From Eledone cirrhosa (taxonomy: Eukaryota): a stretch of DNA of 64,000 nucleotides. The notes below the pieces were generated by a model. It searched no databases, had not been told where the DNA came from, and saw nothing but the letters and a program-made list of their open reading frames with translations. This document shows positions 29,990 through 44,568 of the stretch, piece after piece (position 1 is the first letter of the stretch; each line of letters starts with the position of its first letter). A program made the position numbers and the translations under genes. The stretch is taken from NCBI GenBank assembly GCA_964016885.1, contig OZ024742.1, positions 218,426,001 through 218,490,000 on the forward strand. Reading direction: 5' to 3'.

Positions 29990-30952
29990 ATAATTGTTTC
30001 TACTTTAGGCAAAATGCCAGCAATTTGAAGGGGAAGGAAAAGCCGATTAAATCGACTCCAATGCATTACTGGTACTATATTTATCGACCCCCGTAAGGAT
30101 GAAAGGCAAAGCTAACCTCGGCAGAATTTGGAATCAGAACGTAAAGGGCCTTAATTCTATGCCGCGAAGCAAGTTGTCCGGCGCTCTGCCGATTTTTCCA
30201 ATCCACCGCCCTCCCTAATCAAATAATTGTTTCTACTTTTGGCACAAGGCCAGCAATTATCCAGTGCATTACTGTTACTTTATTTTATCGACCCCGGAAG
30301 GATGAAAGGTAAAGTTAACCTCGGCGGGATTTGAACTCAGATCATACAGGGAGGTAACTCTATGCTTCAATCAAATAATGAGATATATAACATTAACACA
30401 ATTTAGTAGGCAAGGAGTAATCGGTGATTTGTATGTACTTAATTAGTATTTTATTTTATCTCTTCAGGATTTTTTGCTTATCACTTCCAATAACTAATGA
30501 ACTGTTGCTCGTTGTAAGAACATATTAAGACCTCAAATTAGATGACTAAGTGCTATCGATTTAGTCGACCTCAGGACTTACATAACGATTACATATTTCA
30601 TTTTCTTTTTAATCCATAGAAGGATGAAAGACAAAATTGACCTCAGTAGGTTTTGATCTCCAGCACAAAGGGACGTAAATATATGCTACAAGGTATAGCG
30701 TATCGATTCCGATAATTCACCGTCCTTCAAATAACGATTTCTATTATAGGCACAAGGCCAGCAATTTTGGTGGAGAGGAAAGTCGATTAAATTGAGCCCA
30801 GTGCGTGACTGATACTTTATTTTATCGACCCCGTAAGGATGAACGGCAAAGTTAACCTCGGCAGGATTTGAACTCAGACCATAAAGGGCCGTAACTGTAT
30901 GCTGCAAAGCATGGCGTTCGATCCGCCACCGATACTGCCAATCCACCGCCCT
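29990..30952 (-). mobile_element. Cluster of four SINE copies
   Basis: Copies at ~29990-30212, 30220-30365, 30545-30720 (old) and 30730-30952. Confidence 0.85.
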
Positions 30953-31504
30953 ACCGTTCTTCAAATAATAACAATAATCGTTATAAATGATAATACACAT
31001 AAGGCCAGAAATCACAGTTTCGGAGAAAGATAGAGAGAAAGAAGGAGATAAGAGAAGGAATGAAAGAAGGGGAAAAGAAAAAGAATACTACTTAGGATGC
31101 AGCGCGAAGGGTGTGGAGTTTTATTCGGATAAAAACCTGATCTGAATGTTTGCAACAGAGAGGAGTCGACTAAAGAGACCAAGGGGCCTGGAATCGTGTT
31201 GTTTAATATTAGTTGCACTTCAAAATAACAGACCATATATCAAATTTAAAAGACAGCTGCTACTATCCCAAACCTCCGGGGCCTAATTACAGCTAGGTGG
31301 ACAGAGATATTTCAAAATTTTATGACCAGATCACAGACAAACCCATGTGTTGATAACACAAGACGAACTGTTGGCTCCTAAGTTACTTGTTGGGTATAGT
31401 GGTGGACTTATCTATAAACTAATTAATCTACAGCTTAAAGCCACATCCCCTTGGGGGCCTCATTTCTTTTTAAATCATCAAAAATTTTATATATATATAT
31501 ATAT

Positions 31505-31732
31505 ATAACACAACACACAAAAACAAGTTGGTGTAGGACAGAACAAAGGAGAGACACAAAATAAGGACCTAGTCACTGAGGAGGTCACAGAATGTGTGGC
31601 GAAAGAGCTTTGACAATATATAAACAACCTTTCGGTTATTGAACCAACCAACCAACCGGAAACTTATGATAAATTGTAGTGAAAATCAACAGGTGTGGGT
31701 GTTTTTATTGGCAGCATAACCCACATCAAATA

Positions 31733-31740
<8 letters not shown>
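31505..31740 (+). mobile_element. Solo tail-less Penelope pLTR with HHR
   Basis: Homologous to 20860-21103; GUCA CUGAGGA G GUCACA GAAUG UGUGGC GAAA GAGC UU^ UGAC at 31572-31614. Confidence 0.8.
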
Positions 31741-31789
<49 letters not shown>

Positions 31790-31897
31790 AGTATATTTGG
31801 CAATATACCGTATGTTTAATTAAAAACATTTAGAAGACCATTCGCAGAGAGAAATAGACAAACAGACAGACAGACAGAAAGACAGATAGATAGATAG

Positions 31898-34297
31898 ATA
31901 TGTTTCTTTATTAGCCACAGGGGCACAAAAGAAGGGGACAAATACAAAGGGGGAAGTTTACATACAATAAAAATGTGTAAAATATTATCACAAATGCAAT
32001 TTAAAAATTAGTCGATTTTCCCCAATAGGGGGAGACATTACATATGAGTAACACATACCCCCGAAAAAAATGTGCAACCCTCATCTCCAGGAGTACGAAG
32101 AGTTGTAAACCCCTTTCCTCTCTTCTTCTTTTTCCTCAACTTACAGGCTGATATAGAGAGAAGGCCCATTCACTCGGGCCATTCTCGCCACTTTCACCCA
32201 CCTTTCATAAAACTTGCTGGGGTACAGCACCTCTCTCTCTATCCTGATTCTTCTTCCAAAGTGGTATTTGAAAAAAAGAATCAATTGTTGGCCGGAGAGA
32301 AAGGTGTCTGACCTCAGCCCTTTCAACCTTGTCCACCATACAACCTCTTTCGCCATAGCTATCACACAAAGGAAAACCGCCTCTCCTTCGTTTTTGAAGG
32401 AGGGTGGCGGTTTGATCATGACAATGGACTCAGTGGTCAACCGGATTGGTCCCACCCGCGACAATAGTCGTTCTACATAGCCCCACAGGTCGGTAACGCC
32501 CGAGCAGTGTATGAATGCGTGCGCGACGGTTTCTTCGTCTCGCACGCACCTCGGACAGATCTTTTTCGCAGGGTCCCTGCCCGGGCGCCCATGTCTGTAG
32601 AGCTTGTCTCGAACTGGTAGAGCTCCTCGGTAGCACTGCCAGGCCAGGGACTTTCGGAAGTTGTCCATCGGTCCCGGGCGGAAGGTCCTACCGAACAGAC
32701 TGGCCAGTTCGTTTTCCTCTACGCCTAGAGCTTCACCGAGCGCGTCGTCGCACTTGCTGCGGATCTACCCTCTATAGAATGACGAAGTGGAGTCTCCACT
32801 GATCGCCGGGTCCGCCTGCCAGAGGGCTGTGAGCGCCTGAGCACATTCGATGTGCCAGTCGCCCATTTTCCTCGGTCTTTGCTTGACCCAGGACTGCAGC
32901 TCGGTCAGCGAGACGAGTCGTGGGAAGGCTCGCTTCACGAACGGGGCCCACACTGGTTGTCCGGTGAGGAATACGTAGAGATGCCGCAGCCTGAGCGCGT
33001 GTTTGCGCATCGTCAGCCACAGCATCCCCAGCCCTCCGTTGGAAGGGTGTTGGCAGCAGATGGATCTTCTCACCAAAGGATCCCGCCTCTTCCAAAGGAA
33101 TTGGAAGAGCGCGCACTCCATTTTGGTGAGCGTTTTGGCTGGACAAGGCACGACGGTCAAGCGGTAGTAGATAGCGGACGCTATAAAAGTGTTCGCCACC
33201 TCCGCTCGACCTTTCAAGGATAGTTTGCACTCGGCCCACTTCTGGGTGAGTGCAAACACCTTGGCCGTCACCTCGTTCCAGTTCTTCTCCACCTGGAGGT
33301 CCGGACCAAACCAGACCCCGAGCAGCTTTACCGGTCCTTCCGTCCAGCGTCCGACGACGCCATCGGAAGGGATCGGTTTGGCTCTCCACGATCCGAGTTG
33401 CAAACCGATGGACTTGTCACGGTTCAGCTTCGCTCCTATGAACCTTTCGTATTCCTTCAGTAAGGTGCCGACTTCATCGATTTGCGAGGTGCCATTACTG
33501 TCACGTCGTCGGCGTAGGCCGACGCCGCTTTCCGCCGTCCCGGTTCCAGAGGGATGCCCTGCAATAGCTCCAACTTCCGCAGTAGTGGCTCGAGAGTTTG
33601 TACGTACAGAAGAGAGGAGAGAGGGCATCCTGTCGAATGGATCGCGTGATATGGAACGGCTCCGAGAGGTAGCCGTTCACCTTGACCCTTGAGCAGATGT
33701 TGCTGTTGTGCATTGCAGCAATCCAACCCCTGAACACGGGTCCGAAGCCTGCCGCCTCAAGCACCGCATCCAGGTATCGATGGTCAACCCTATCGAAAGC
33801 CTTAGACTGATCCAAGTTGATCAGTGCCCCACCAAAGCCGGGTTTACACCCTACCCTCTCTATGATGTATCGCATGAGGTGGAGGTTGTCGTGTATGGAC
33901 CTGATCGGGATTGCGCATGTCTGCGCTTCTCCCACCAGGTTCTCAACGACAAGCGTCACCCTCTTTGCCAACACCTTGGCCAAAATCTGTAACTCTGTGT
34001 TTAGCAGAGTTATGGGCCGGAAGTTGCCTATGTCATCCCCCTGATTCTCGTCCTTCCTGACTAGTGTGACTACGCCCCCGGTCACAGAACTGGGAATTCG
34101 CCCCTTCTGCTGCCAGTTGCAGTAGACCGCTTCCAGGAGACCAGAGAATAAGTCCGACATAGCTACGTAAAATTCGTAGGGTAGACCGTCGAGACCTGGA
34201 GATTTGCGTTTGCTGCATTGGCTCAGCGCGTCCCCTATCTCAGCGGCTGAAATCGGCTTTTCGCAGAACTTCGCCTCGCTGTCTGAGAGTCGTAGTA
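31898..34297 (-). mobile_element. 5'-truncated Tx1/L1-clade LINE (RT + zf-RVT), frameshifted
   Basis: NFRPITLLN, LDQSKAFDRVDH, AYADDV and zf-RVT motifs; flanked by ATAGATAGATATGT on both sides. Confidence 0.9.
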
Positions 34298-34979
34298 AAT
34301 AGATAGATATGTGTGTTTGTGTATGTGTGTGTATTATTTATTCTTTAACATCATCGACATTAATATAAAAATTAATAATCATGTATTATTTTAATTTTTT
34401 TACTTGAATTGCTTTAGAGAAGGGCTCCAAATTGATATAGCCTCGGGCCTCAGCAGGGGAAAGTCCGGCCCTGGTTGGCTACACCTAATCTACCTGGCTA
34501 TCCAGTGATGCATAGGCCACTTGAAACAGTACTATGGTTTCAAGGGAGAATTGTTGTAACTATCGTTTACCTGACCTAGAAAACGATGCAAGGCATGGAA
34601 ACCTAGACTTGCTGTACATCTAAGTACATGTAAATCGATCTCAACTGATGATCTTTTACTGTGACAAAAAATACAGGAGTGGGGATTCAGAATTTAAATG
34701 CAAGACAAAGGAATATAAGACAAAAAAATAACAGCTAGATAGATATGTCACCCGTAAAAGTGTATATACACTAGCGCCCGCATACATATATACATATGTA
34801 TGTGTGTGTATGTATGTACTGATAATAGCTACTTTTCTAACAAAGAGAACTCAATACATGAGTAGAGTATGTATATTTATTAAGGGAAATTAAGGCATAA
34901 TTCCATAATGTATGTATACACATATATATACACATATACATACATTCACCCATACACACATTTACATACACACACGCAC

Positions 34980-35058
<79 letters not shown>

Positions 35059-35061
<3 letters not shown>

Positions 35062-35254
35062 AAAATGTATGACCCCGACGGCAGAGCTCAAGCCGTTTCG
35101 ACGGCTATTTCTGGACTCCAGAAATAGCTGTTGAAACGGCTTGAACTCTGCCGTCGGGGGTCATACATTTTCCTATTACTCACTCTACTACCCTAAATAT
35201 TGAGTACTCTGGTGCGTTATGGTCCTTCTGGTTCCTTACCACAATTCCTTCGTT
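35059..35254 (+). mobile_element. Asymmetric hairpin insert, family F2
   Basis: Arms 35059-35114 and 35118-35175, ~80-nt tail; GAAA CGGC UUGA(G/A)CUCU GCCG UC^ GGGG. Confidence 0.8.
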
Positions 35255-35297
35255 ATATATATATAATTGATTCTTATATTTCATATATATATATATA

Positions 35298-35705
35298 TGA
35301 AATATAAGAATCAAAGAACTGTTCAAAACATTATTGTGCTTACAGCTGTTTCCTCCAAACCGAGGTTTGGATTCTTCGGAGCAATTTATTAATGCATGGA
35401 CAGTTATATGACCTCCTTTTCAGCCGAGATCATATAACTGTCCATGCATTAATAAATTGCTCCGAAGAATCCAAACCTCGGTTTGGAGGAAACAGCTGTA
35501 AGCACAATAATGTTTTGAACAGTTCTTTGATTCTTATATTTCATATAACTGCTCTGTAAATCATCTGATGTTTTTACATTGAGCTACTTAACTTACTGGT
35601 AATAAGGTAGTAATACATTACTGCCTACCACTATTTAGGGTGTGTGTAAAATACTTACAACTGCTTAAGGTTTTGTGTTTACATAACCATAAATAGTATA
35701 ACTAA

Positions 35706-35710
<5 letters not shown>
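35298..35710 (+). mobile_element. Asymmetric hairpin with two U4C HHRs and a ~165-nt tail
   Basis: Perfect arms 35298-35411 and 35430-35546; HHRs at 35337-35383 (-) and 35458-35504 (+) with palindromic CAGCUG stem III. Confidence 0.85.
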
Positions 35711-35755
<45 letters not shown>

Positions 35756-35999
35756 GTAATAATAATAAATTTGAAGACTAAAATCCAAAGAGGGCTCGAT
35801 AAGGATAAATATATATAAAATATATAAGAACCGTAGAGCAAATATTTATTAAATAAATATATAATATATATATATATACATACACAAGTGCATACACACA
35901 CACACACACACGTGCGTGTGTGTGTGTAGCAAGGGTAGAATAATATGTAGGTTCTTTAGAGAACGCACTGTGAATACATCGAATCTCTGGTTCTAAAAA

Positions 36000-36870
36000 T
36001 CAGGTTGAGATGGAGTGGCCACATGGTGCGCATGGATGACAGTCAGTTTGCCAAGAGGATATTGTATGGAAGACTGGCCAATGGAAAGCGACCACCTCAT
36101 AAGACCAAGAAGAGATATAAAGATTGTCTTAAAGCAGTCATGAGCAATCTGTGGCCCGCGAAGTTTTCTGAATGGCTCGCCTAAGTCACCTAAGTGAGAT
36201 CTTTCTGATTTTTTTACCCTAACTTTTCAGTCGTAATTTATCTTTCTACCATCTTTTACGATCGAAGAAAACAACGTGTACGAATTCTGAAGAAACAAAT
36301 CAAAACAACCTGAGTGACCGCCCTTTTTTTAATGTGAGCACGAATGTAAATAAGCGCTTGCGGCCCGCCTGATGATGAGACATATCTCATGCGGCCCGCT
36401 TCTCGAAAAAGGTTGCCCATGCCTGTCTTAAAGAGTCACATATATACGTGCTAACATCAATATGGTAACATGTGGAAAGTGAAGTAAACGGAGAAAGATT
36501 TTCGAGACACTTCGGTTACAACATGTGAAATTTAAAGGGGGTGTCGATTTACCACAACAAACCGGTGATGTCCATGGTTTAACATCCGAAATCTGTAATA
36601 GATTCTGCTCCAGTAACGCTTGTAAGAAAAGTTTTCACCGAAGTCATAAATATAGAGCTCCTGCCGATTACCAAATCGCCATGGCCGGAAATATAACATA
36701 CACATGCAAAACCTGTGATAAAGATTGCAGGCCTGCTGGCTGCCTAAAGATCATAATGAGCCTCAAGAGACCAATAATGTAATATTGAGAGCATTGCACA
36801 CCTGCAAGTCAATTGCAGGCATAAAAAGCCATATTCGTTCTAGGCACCCATATGAAACAATTGTACAGCG
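36000..36870 (+). mobile_element. RTE LINE 3' fragment, interrupted by a MITE
   Basis: LRWSGHMVRMDDSQFAKRILYGRL..KRYKDCLK, followed by C2H2-like remnants. Confidence 0.75.
36135..36425. mobile_element. hAT-type MITE
   Basis: TIRs CAGTCATGAGCAA / TTGCCCATGCCTG; 8-bp TSD TCTTAAAG. Confidence 0.9.
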
Positions 36871-37194
36871 GGCGGTGCTGTACAATTTTTTTCCGTCTCC
36901 AGGGTTTATATGCCCAACTTATTAGATTATTTTTCACAAACAACGTTTATGCTTCTAACTTTCGAATTCAAAACTTCTTATCGCCCAAAGGTTCTAAAAA
37001 TAGATTGAATATATATAGAAATATATACCGATAATATTATTGAGAAACACAATCGGTATATTTTTTATGTATCGAATAAATTTATTATTATAAATACTAC
37101 TTCGGATACCATTTAGGGAACCACGACTTGGTGCGCTTAAATTGGAACACACCATAGATTGTTGATCTAAGATATCAACAATAAATTACTATAT

Positions 37195-37370
37195 ATATAT
37201 AGCTGTATTTGGGGAGGGTTATGTTGTCCTAATATTGCAAAAAATAGTTAGACACACTCACTGTTTGGTCTGGTTTTCGCTTTAGTATATTTTTATAATT
37301 TTGTAAATAATTTAGCAGGCAATCAATGTTTAGCCTTGATTGACCAAGTGTTAAAAATATAAATATAAAT
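37195..37370 (-). mobile_element. Penelope pLTR 3' fragment
   Basis: TTTGGGGAGGGTTATGTTG..CACACTCACTGTTTGG; homologous to 54575-54745. Confidence 0.75.
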
Positions 37371-37384
37371 ATAATTTCTCAAAG

Positions 37385-38190
37385 TTCTTTCATTACACAT
37401 ACCTGTGACATCTCCAGTGATTATCGCTGTGTTTCTTCAGTCTTCTTAATGCTGGTTGTTAAACCAAATGCTTTACAGGCAAGCGAGAAGCGGTTAATCA
37501 GTTCTTCTGCCACTTTAAAGTATGTTGCAACACGTGCAACATCATCAGCAAAAGGTAAATCACGAATAACACTTGTTCGTGTAAATGTTTAAGCCTTAAA
37601 GGTCTGATGGTTGAACAGCCCACCTCGTGTACGAAATTCAAATCTGACAACAGTGTTTAAGTCGCCAAATGCATACTGGAGCATGACAGTGAAGAACAAA
37701 GCAAAGAGAACAGAAGACATGATACAACCCTGCTTCCTACCGTTTGTGACACCAAAAGGTTAAGATCATTCACCATTTGACATAACTGATGCTATCATAC
37801 CCCCATGAAAAGATATATCATTCAGTATATTATCAGGTATGCCAAGCTTTTTGCGATTGACAGCGTTCAAGTCAACACAGACCATAAACAGTTTCTGGTT
37901 CTTTTTACGAACCTTCTCTGCAACCTAGTGAAGGGAGAAAATCATATCAATAGTACACCAACATGTACGGAAACCACATTTATTTTTCAGTGTAGATATC
38001 ATCAGCAATTTTGGATGTAATTATGTTGATAATGACACGGGGAAGTACCTTGCCAGCAATACAGAGAAAAGAGATACTGCGAGCGTTGACACAGATAGAT
38101 TTTTACCTTTGTTCTTGTAAGAGATGGATTACAGATGCACCTCTGGAGTCTTGAGGGACATGTTCGACCTTCCAGATTTCCAGAAATAGC
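37385..38190 (-). mobile_element. Decayed RTE RT fragment
   Basis: KQGCIMSSVLFALFF and VIRDLPFADD motifs on the minus strand. Confidence 0.75.
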
Positions 38191-39229
38191 TGAATATCCA
38201 AAACAGGGGACCCACAGAACAAAAACAACGGAAAGACAGACAGTCCTTTCTCCTCAGTCAACCTCTGGAAATCCTTATAGTTTCAGTTCATGAAGTTTGA
38301 TACTACTCATTCCAGTGCACATTGGGACACAACAAAACAGGTAGACACGGGACGACGTGTCAATGAAATACTCAGTTACACTTCAATTCATGAGCAGATT
38401 GTTTCCTTGATTGGGCAATTGGAACACTCATCGTCGAAACCGACGTATGTCCATTCCTAGGCGGAGTGGAGTGAGGCAGAATATGAAGACGAAAATAAAG
38501 CCCCAGCAAGTGAGGTGACAACTATACTAAATATTAACAAACTAATCCGAATTGTACTAAAAAAAATGTTTGGTGTTACTCTTTGAGGGAAAGGAAAAGG
38601 ATCGAGACACTGAAGGTTTAGTGAAACTTCGTAGGGGTCTCCAATAAACAGAAAGGGGTAAGATAGGGATAACCGTGGGTTGGGGAGCTTAAATAAAAAG
38701 GGGGTTGCGGATCACTGCTCTAATCCATCTGCCTATTCTCCTTCACTAAACTTTGACCCCGTGAAAAACAAACAACTAACTACCAATTAACCCATCACTC
38801 TTTCTACTGAAAGTGTGTGAGTGTGTATGTGTGCGTTATTAGGTTTGTGTGTGATTATGTGTGTTTGTGTTGGCGTGTTTGTATGTGTGCGGTTGTGTCG
38901 TGTGTCGAGTGTCGAATGGTGAATGTTTGTGTTTGAGTGTGAGTATGAAGGGGCGTTTGTATTTGTGAGTGTGACTGAGTGTCTGTGAGAGAGAGCGAGA
39001 GAAACAGTATGTGTGCCTGTGTCTGTGTATGTGTGTGAGAGAGAGAGTGTGTGTGTCTGTGTGTGTGTGAGAGAGAAAGAGTATATGTGCCTGTGTCTGT
39101 GTATGTGTGTGTGCCCATGTGTGTGAGAGAGAGAAAGAGTATGTATGCCTGTGTGTTTGTTCTTATTGTACTTGTGATTGATTTTTCTTTCTTTGTTTTC
39201 TCATAGTCCCTAATTCTCCCCTACTCCAT

Positions 39230-41090
39230 CGCCACTATCACATCTACCACCAACATCACCACCACTTAAGACACTGTGAACAAGACCACCACCACCACCA
39301 CCACCACCACACTGACTGACTGCCAGCCCAGGTGTCCTTGCTTCAGGTCAAACCTCCCCCAGTCACTGGCGCCGGCACAAAGATTAATTCTGTCTCTCTG
39401 ACTGTTGAATTAGACAACTAGAACAACTGAACTCTTATCTCCCACACCAACACCACCACCTACACCCCCACCAACATCACCACCACACCCCACCCCAACC
39501 CAATCACCATCACAAACACCACAAAAACCAGCAACACCACTAACATCACCATCCCCAACATCAACACTCCCAACCACCAAACCCACTATCACCAATACCA
39601 ACACTCCAACACCACGAACACCAACACTCCAACACCACCAACACCACCATCACCAACACCAACACACCAACACCACCAACACCACCATCACCAACACCAA
39701 CACACCAACACCACCAACACCACCATCACCAACACCAACACTCCAACACCACCAACACCACCATCACCAACACCAACACTCCAACACCACCAACACCACC
39801 ATCACCAACACCAACACACCAACACCACCAACACCACCATCACCAACACCAACACTCCAACACCACCAACACCACCATCACCAACACCAACACTCCAACA
39901 CCACCAACACCACCATCACCAACACTCCAACACCACCAACATACCACCAACACCACCAACACCAACACTCCAGCGCCACCAACACCATCATCATCACCAT
40001 CAACACTCCAACACCACCAACACCACCAATACCAACACCATCAACACTACCAACATCAACAACACCAACAACAACAAACCACCAACAATACCCACATCAA
40101 GAACAACACCAATACATACCAACATCAGCAACAACACAACGCCAACACCCTCATTACTATCAATATCACCAACACCAACAACACCAACACCAACAACAAC
40201 ACCAACAACACCAACAACACCAACACCAACAACACCAACAACAACACCAACAACACCAACAACACCAACACCAACACCAACACCAACAACACCAACAACA
40301 ACACCAACAACACCAACACCACCAACAACACCAACGACACCAACACCATCAACAAAAACAACACCAACACCACCACCATCAACAAAAGCAACACCAACAC
40401 CACCAACAACACCAACAACACCAACACCATCAACAAAAACAACACCAACACCACCACCATCAACAAAAGCAACACCAACACCACCAACAACACCAACAAC
40501 ACCAACACCATCAACAAAAACAACACCAACACCACCACCATCAACAAAAGCAACACCAACACCATCAACAAAAACAACACCAACACCACCACCATCAACA
40601 AAAGCAACACCAACACCACCAACACCACCAACAACACCAATACCACCAACAAAAACAACAACACTAACAACAACAACAACACCAACAACACCAATACCAC
40701 CAACAACAACACCAACAACAACACCAACACCACCAACAATAACACCACCAACAACAACACCACCAATAACACCAATACCACCACCAACAACAGCACCACT
40801 AACAACAACAACACCAGCAACAACACCACCACCACCAACAGCAACACCACCACCAACAACAGCAACGACACCACCAACAACACCACCAACAACAACACCA
40901 ACAACAACAACAGCAACACCACCACCACCAACAGCAACAGCACCAACACTAACACTACCAACAACAACACCACCAACAACAACACCACCAACACCACCGC
41001 CACCAACATCACCACCAACACCACCGCCACCAACACCACCACCAACAGCACCACCAACAACGCCACCATCATCACCAACAATAACAAAAA
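39230..41090. repeat. (ACC/AAC)n low-complexity array including a 38-bp minisatellite (~39610-39940)
   Basis: Unit CACCAACACCAACAC(T/A)CCAACACCACCAACACCACCAT. Confidence 0.9.
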
Positions 41091-41189
41091 ACCCGTTTTA
41101 AGAGAAGCCTGTGTTTATTGATTTACAATGTGGCAGAATGGTATTTTGTGTTGTTGTTGTTGGCGGTGGTGGTGTGAAAGTGGTGTTGT

Positions 41190-43960
41190 TAGCGTTAGAG
41201 AAAAATAGAAAGGAGGGGGAGCTGGTAGCTAAGTTAGACGAGGCAATTTGTAGTGGCATTGCAACTGACGTGCTAGCGGCGAGAATGGCATTAGACCATT
41301 TCTTCAATGCGAAACACGAAGGTTCCATTGTCAGAGCTAAGGCGCGTGCGCTGAGAAACGAGGGGACCAAAGCTGTTCGATGGGCCCGCGTGACGGAGGC
41401 GCAGCGTGGTAATAAAACCACAATTCGGTAATAAACCCACAACACGAGATAAGCGATTCCAAGCGGATGTGTGAGGCCTTTCGCCAGCACTTTGCTCAGT
41501 TGTTCGGGGAGGGTGGCGAGTCAGAGAGAGTAGCAGATTTCACCACTACCTCGACGGTCGACGTTGAGCGCTGCGAAAGCCGATTACTTCAGCCGAAATT
41601 CAGGACGCCCTTGTCGGCTGCATGAGGCACAAGTCACCCGGTTTGGATGGCCTGCCCTACGAGCTTTACGTAAATATGCCAGACTTGTTCTCCGATCTCC
41701 TCGAAGCACTCTACTGCAACTGGCAGCAGAATGGGAGTAATCCCAGTTCTGTGAGCTGGGGAGTGGTGATGCTGATAAGGAAAGACGAGAAGAAAAGGGA
41801 TACATTAGACAACTTCAGGCCCATAACTCTGCTCAACACAGAGTTTAAGATTTTGGCCAAGGTGTTAGCAAAGAGATTGGCGCTTGTCGTCGATGATTTG
41901 GTTGGGGAGGCGCACACTTGTGCAATCCCAGCCAGATCCATACACGACAATCTCCATTTCATGCGATACATCATAGAGAGGGTAGGGTGTAAACCTGGCT
42001 TCGGTGGGGCACTGATCAATTTAGATCAATCGAAAGCATTCGATAGGGTCGACCATCGGATCTGGGGTTTGTCCTCAAAGCAGCTGGCTTCGGCCCTGTC
42101 TTAAGAAGCTGGATCGCTGCAATGCACAGCAGCACACACTCGGTGGTCAAGGTTAATGGCCACTTCTCGGAACCATTTCGGCTCTCCCGGTCGGTCCGTC
42201 AAGGGTGCCCTCTCTATTCTCTTCTGTACGTATTGACTCTCGAGCCTTTACTGCGGAAGCTGGAGCTGTTGCAGGGCATCCCGATCGAACCGGGACGTGG
42301 AAAGGTGGTGTCGGCTTATGCGGACAACATCACCGTGATGGTGTCGGACACCTCAGAAATCGAGATGGTCGGCACCTTATTGAAGGAATTGACAGGAACC
42401 AAACTTAACGCGGAAAAGTCGATGGGCTTGCAGCTCGGAACCTGGAGAAGCAAGCCTATGCTGTCCAACAGCGTCGTGGGGCGCTGGGCGGTAAAGTTGC
42501 TCGGGGTTTGGTTCGGACCAGACCTCCAGGTGGAAAAGAATTTGGACGAGGTAACGAGCAGAGTAGCCAGGCTCACCCAAAAATGGGCTGGGAGGAAGCT
42601 ATCACTGAAAGGTCGCGCGGAGGTGGCGAATGCGTACATCGCGTCCGTCATCTACTACCGCCTGACCATCGTGCCTTGCCCCCGTCCGCGCCTCATCAAC
42701 GGCTCCTCTTCAAATTCTTGTGGAAAGGACAAATTCTGTTGGTGAGGCGGTCCATCTGCTGCCAGCACCCTCTAAGCGGAGGGCTGGGAATGCCGTGGAT
42801 AATGATGCGCAGACATGCGCTGAGGCTGCGACATCTCCAGATATTCTGCCTAAACGGTGAACAGGTGTGGTCGCCGTTTATCAGACGGGACTTTCCGCAG
42901 CTCGTTTCTTTGACTGAGCTGCAGTCCTGGGTCAAGAAGAGACTGAGACTGGGTGACTGGCACCTGGAATGTTGCCAGGCACTCACTGCCCTCTACCAAG
43001 CGGGCAATGCGATCAGTGGAACTTCCACTCTCGAGTTCTATAGAGGATTAGCGGTGGGAAAGTGCGATGACGCACTCGGAGCAGCTTTGGGCCTCGACGA
43101 AGTCGAACTGACCAGTCTGTACCGGAGGACTTTCGAGCCGGGGACGATGGACAATTTCCAGAAATCCCTCGCTTGGCAGTGCTACCGGGGAGGGGGGAGG
43201 GCACTGCCGGTTCGGGATAAACTCTACAGGCACGGAAGTGTTGTCAGACGGACCTGCCCAAGATGCACACAGAGCGACGAAACGGTTCTGCACGCACTCG
43301 TCCAGTGTCCGTGCATTACTGACTTGTGGAGTCATGTCGAACAGCTACTGTCGCGTGTGGAACGGATCCGGCTATCGGCCGAGTCCATAGTGAAGATCGA
43401 CCCACCGCCTTCCTTAGGTCAGGAAGAGCAGGAAATTTTCCTCTGTCTGGTGGCAGTTGCGAAAGGGGTTATATGGTGGACCAGATTAAAAGGACTGAAG
43501 ACAGACACTTTTCTGTTCGGCCAATCCCTCATCAACTTCTTCAAGTTTCACCTGGAAAGCAAGGTGAGGGTGGAGAGAGAAGTGCTCCCCCCCCCCCCCC
43601 CAGTACATTTGCTGAAAGTGGATGAATGTGGCGAGAATTGCCCGTGTGAATGGGCCTACTCTGACCATGCGCCTATAGGCTAGCTAACTTGAGGAGAGGG
43701 GTGCTCTCCCTGGGTGTTCTAGAAGCGCAGGGTGGTTCAGGATTGGTGGGGTACCTGAATCACCCCTGGGTCGTCCACCCCTTATAGGGGAATTTATTTT
43801 GTTATATTTATGCATAGTTTATTTTATTTTTTATATCTTCATTTTTAAATTAGTCTTGCCATTGTGCACTTTTACTCGACCTTATTGTAAACCCCCACTG
43901 TCCCTGTCTTTGATTTGTCCCCTACATGTCGGCCCTTGTGGCTAATAAATGAAATCGTTA
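41190..43960 (+). mobile_element. 5'-truncated Tx1/L1-clade LINE, frameshifted
   Basis: KSPGLDGLP, FRPITLLN, DQSKAFDRV, RQGCPL, AYADNI and zf-RVT motifs; 3' end GTGGCTAATAAATGAAA. Confidence 0.9.
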
Positions 43961-44462
43961 TTACTATGGCTGTCGTTGCTATTGTCATTGGTGTTGGTGT
44001 TAGTGGAGGTAGTGATGGTGATGCTGTTACTGCCTTTTTACTTCAGGTCAGCCTTGATCTAGAAGTTCTGCGAAGAAAAGCTTTCCAAGCGTACCCATCC
44101 CGTCTTTTTGTGTATCAGAGATTATATGTATGTATAAACTTGTAAATACTGAGAGAGTCTTAGGGGAACCCACTGACGGCGTATTGTAGGCATTCTAAAA
44201 CCTGGTGGAGCCCATCCCCACACAATGTCTGAAGACAGCCGATTTCTCCCAGGGAAGGATAGAAAGTGAGAGAAATGAAGTGAGAAAGAGATATAGAGAA
44301 ATAATCAATCCTAGTACTAGTTTATTTATCGACCGCAAAAGGATGAAAAGCAAAGTTGACATCGACTGGATTTGAACTCAGAGAACTCAACACTCGGGAC
44401 ACGTACTGCAAAAGTAATATATCCGATTACACACACACACGCGCGCGCGCACACGCACACGC

Positions 44463-44494
<32 letters not shown>

Positions 44495-44568
44495 GGATTC
44501 ACCGTCGGTTTCGATGACGAGTATTCTAGTTGTTCAATCAGCTGAATCGCTGCTTGGTATATGTACTC

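Noticed and set aside
36368-36410. CTGATGA followed by a hairpin inside the hAT MITE
   Set aside because: No GAAA directly after the stem, and no stem I or III
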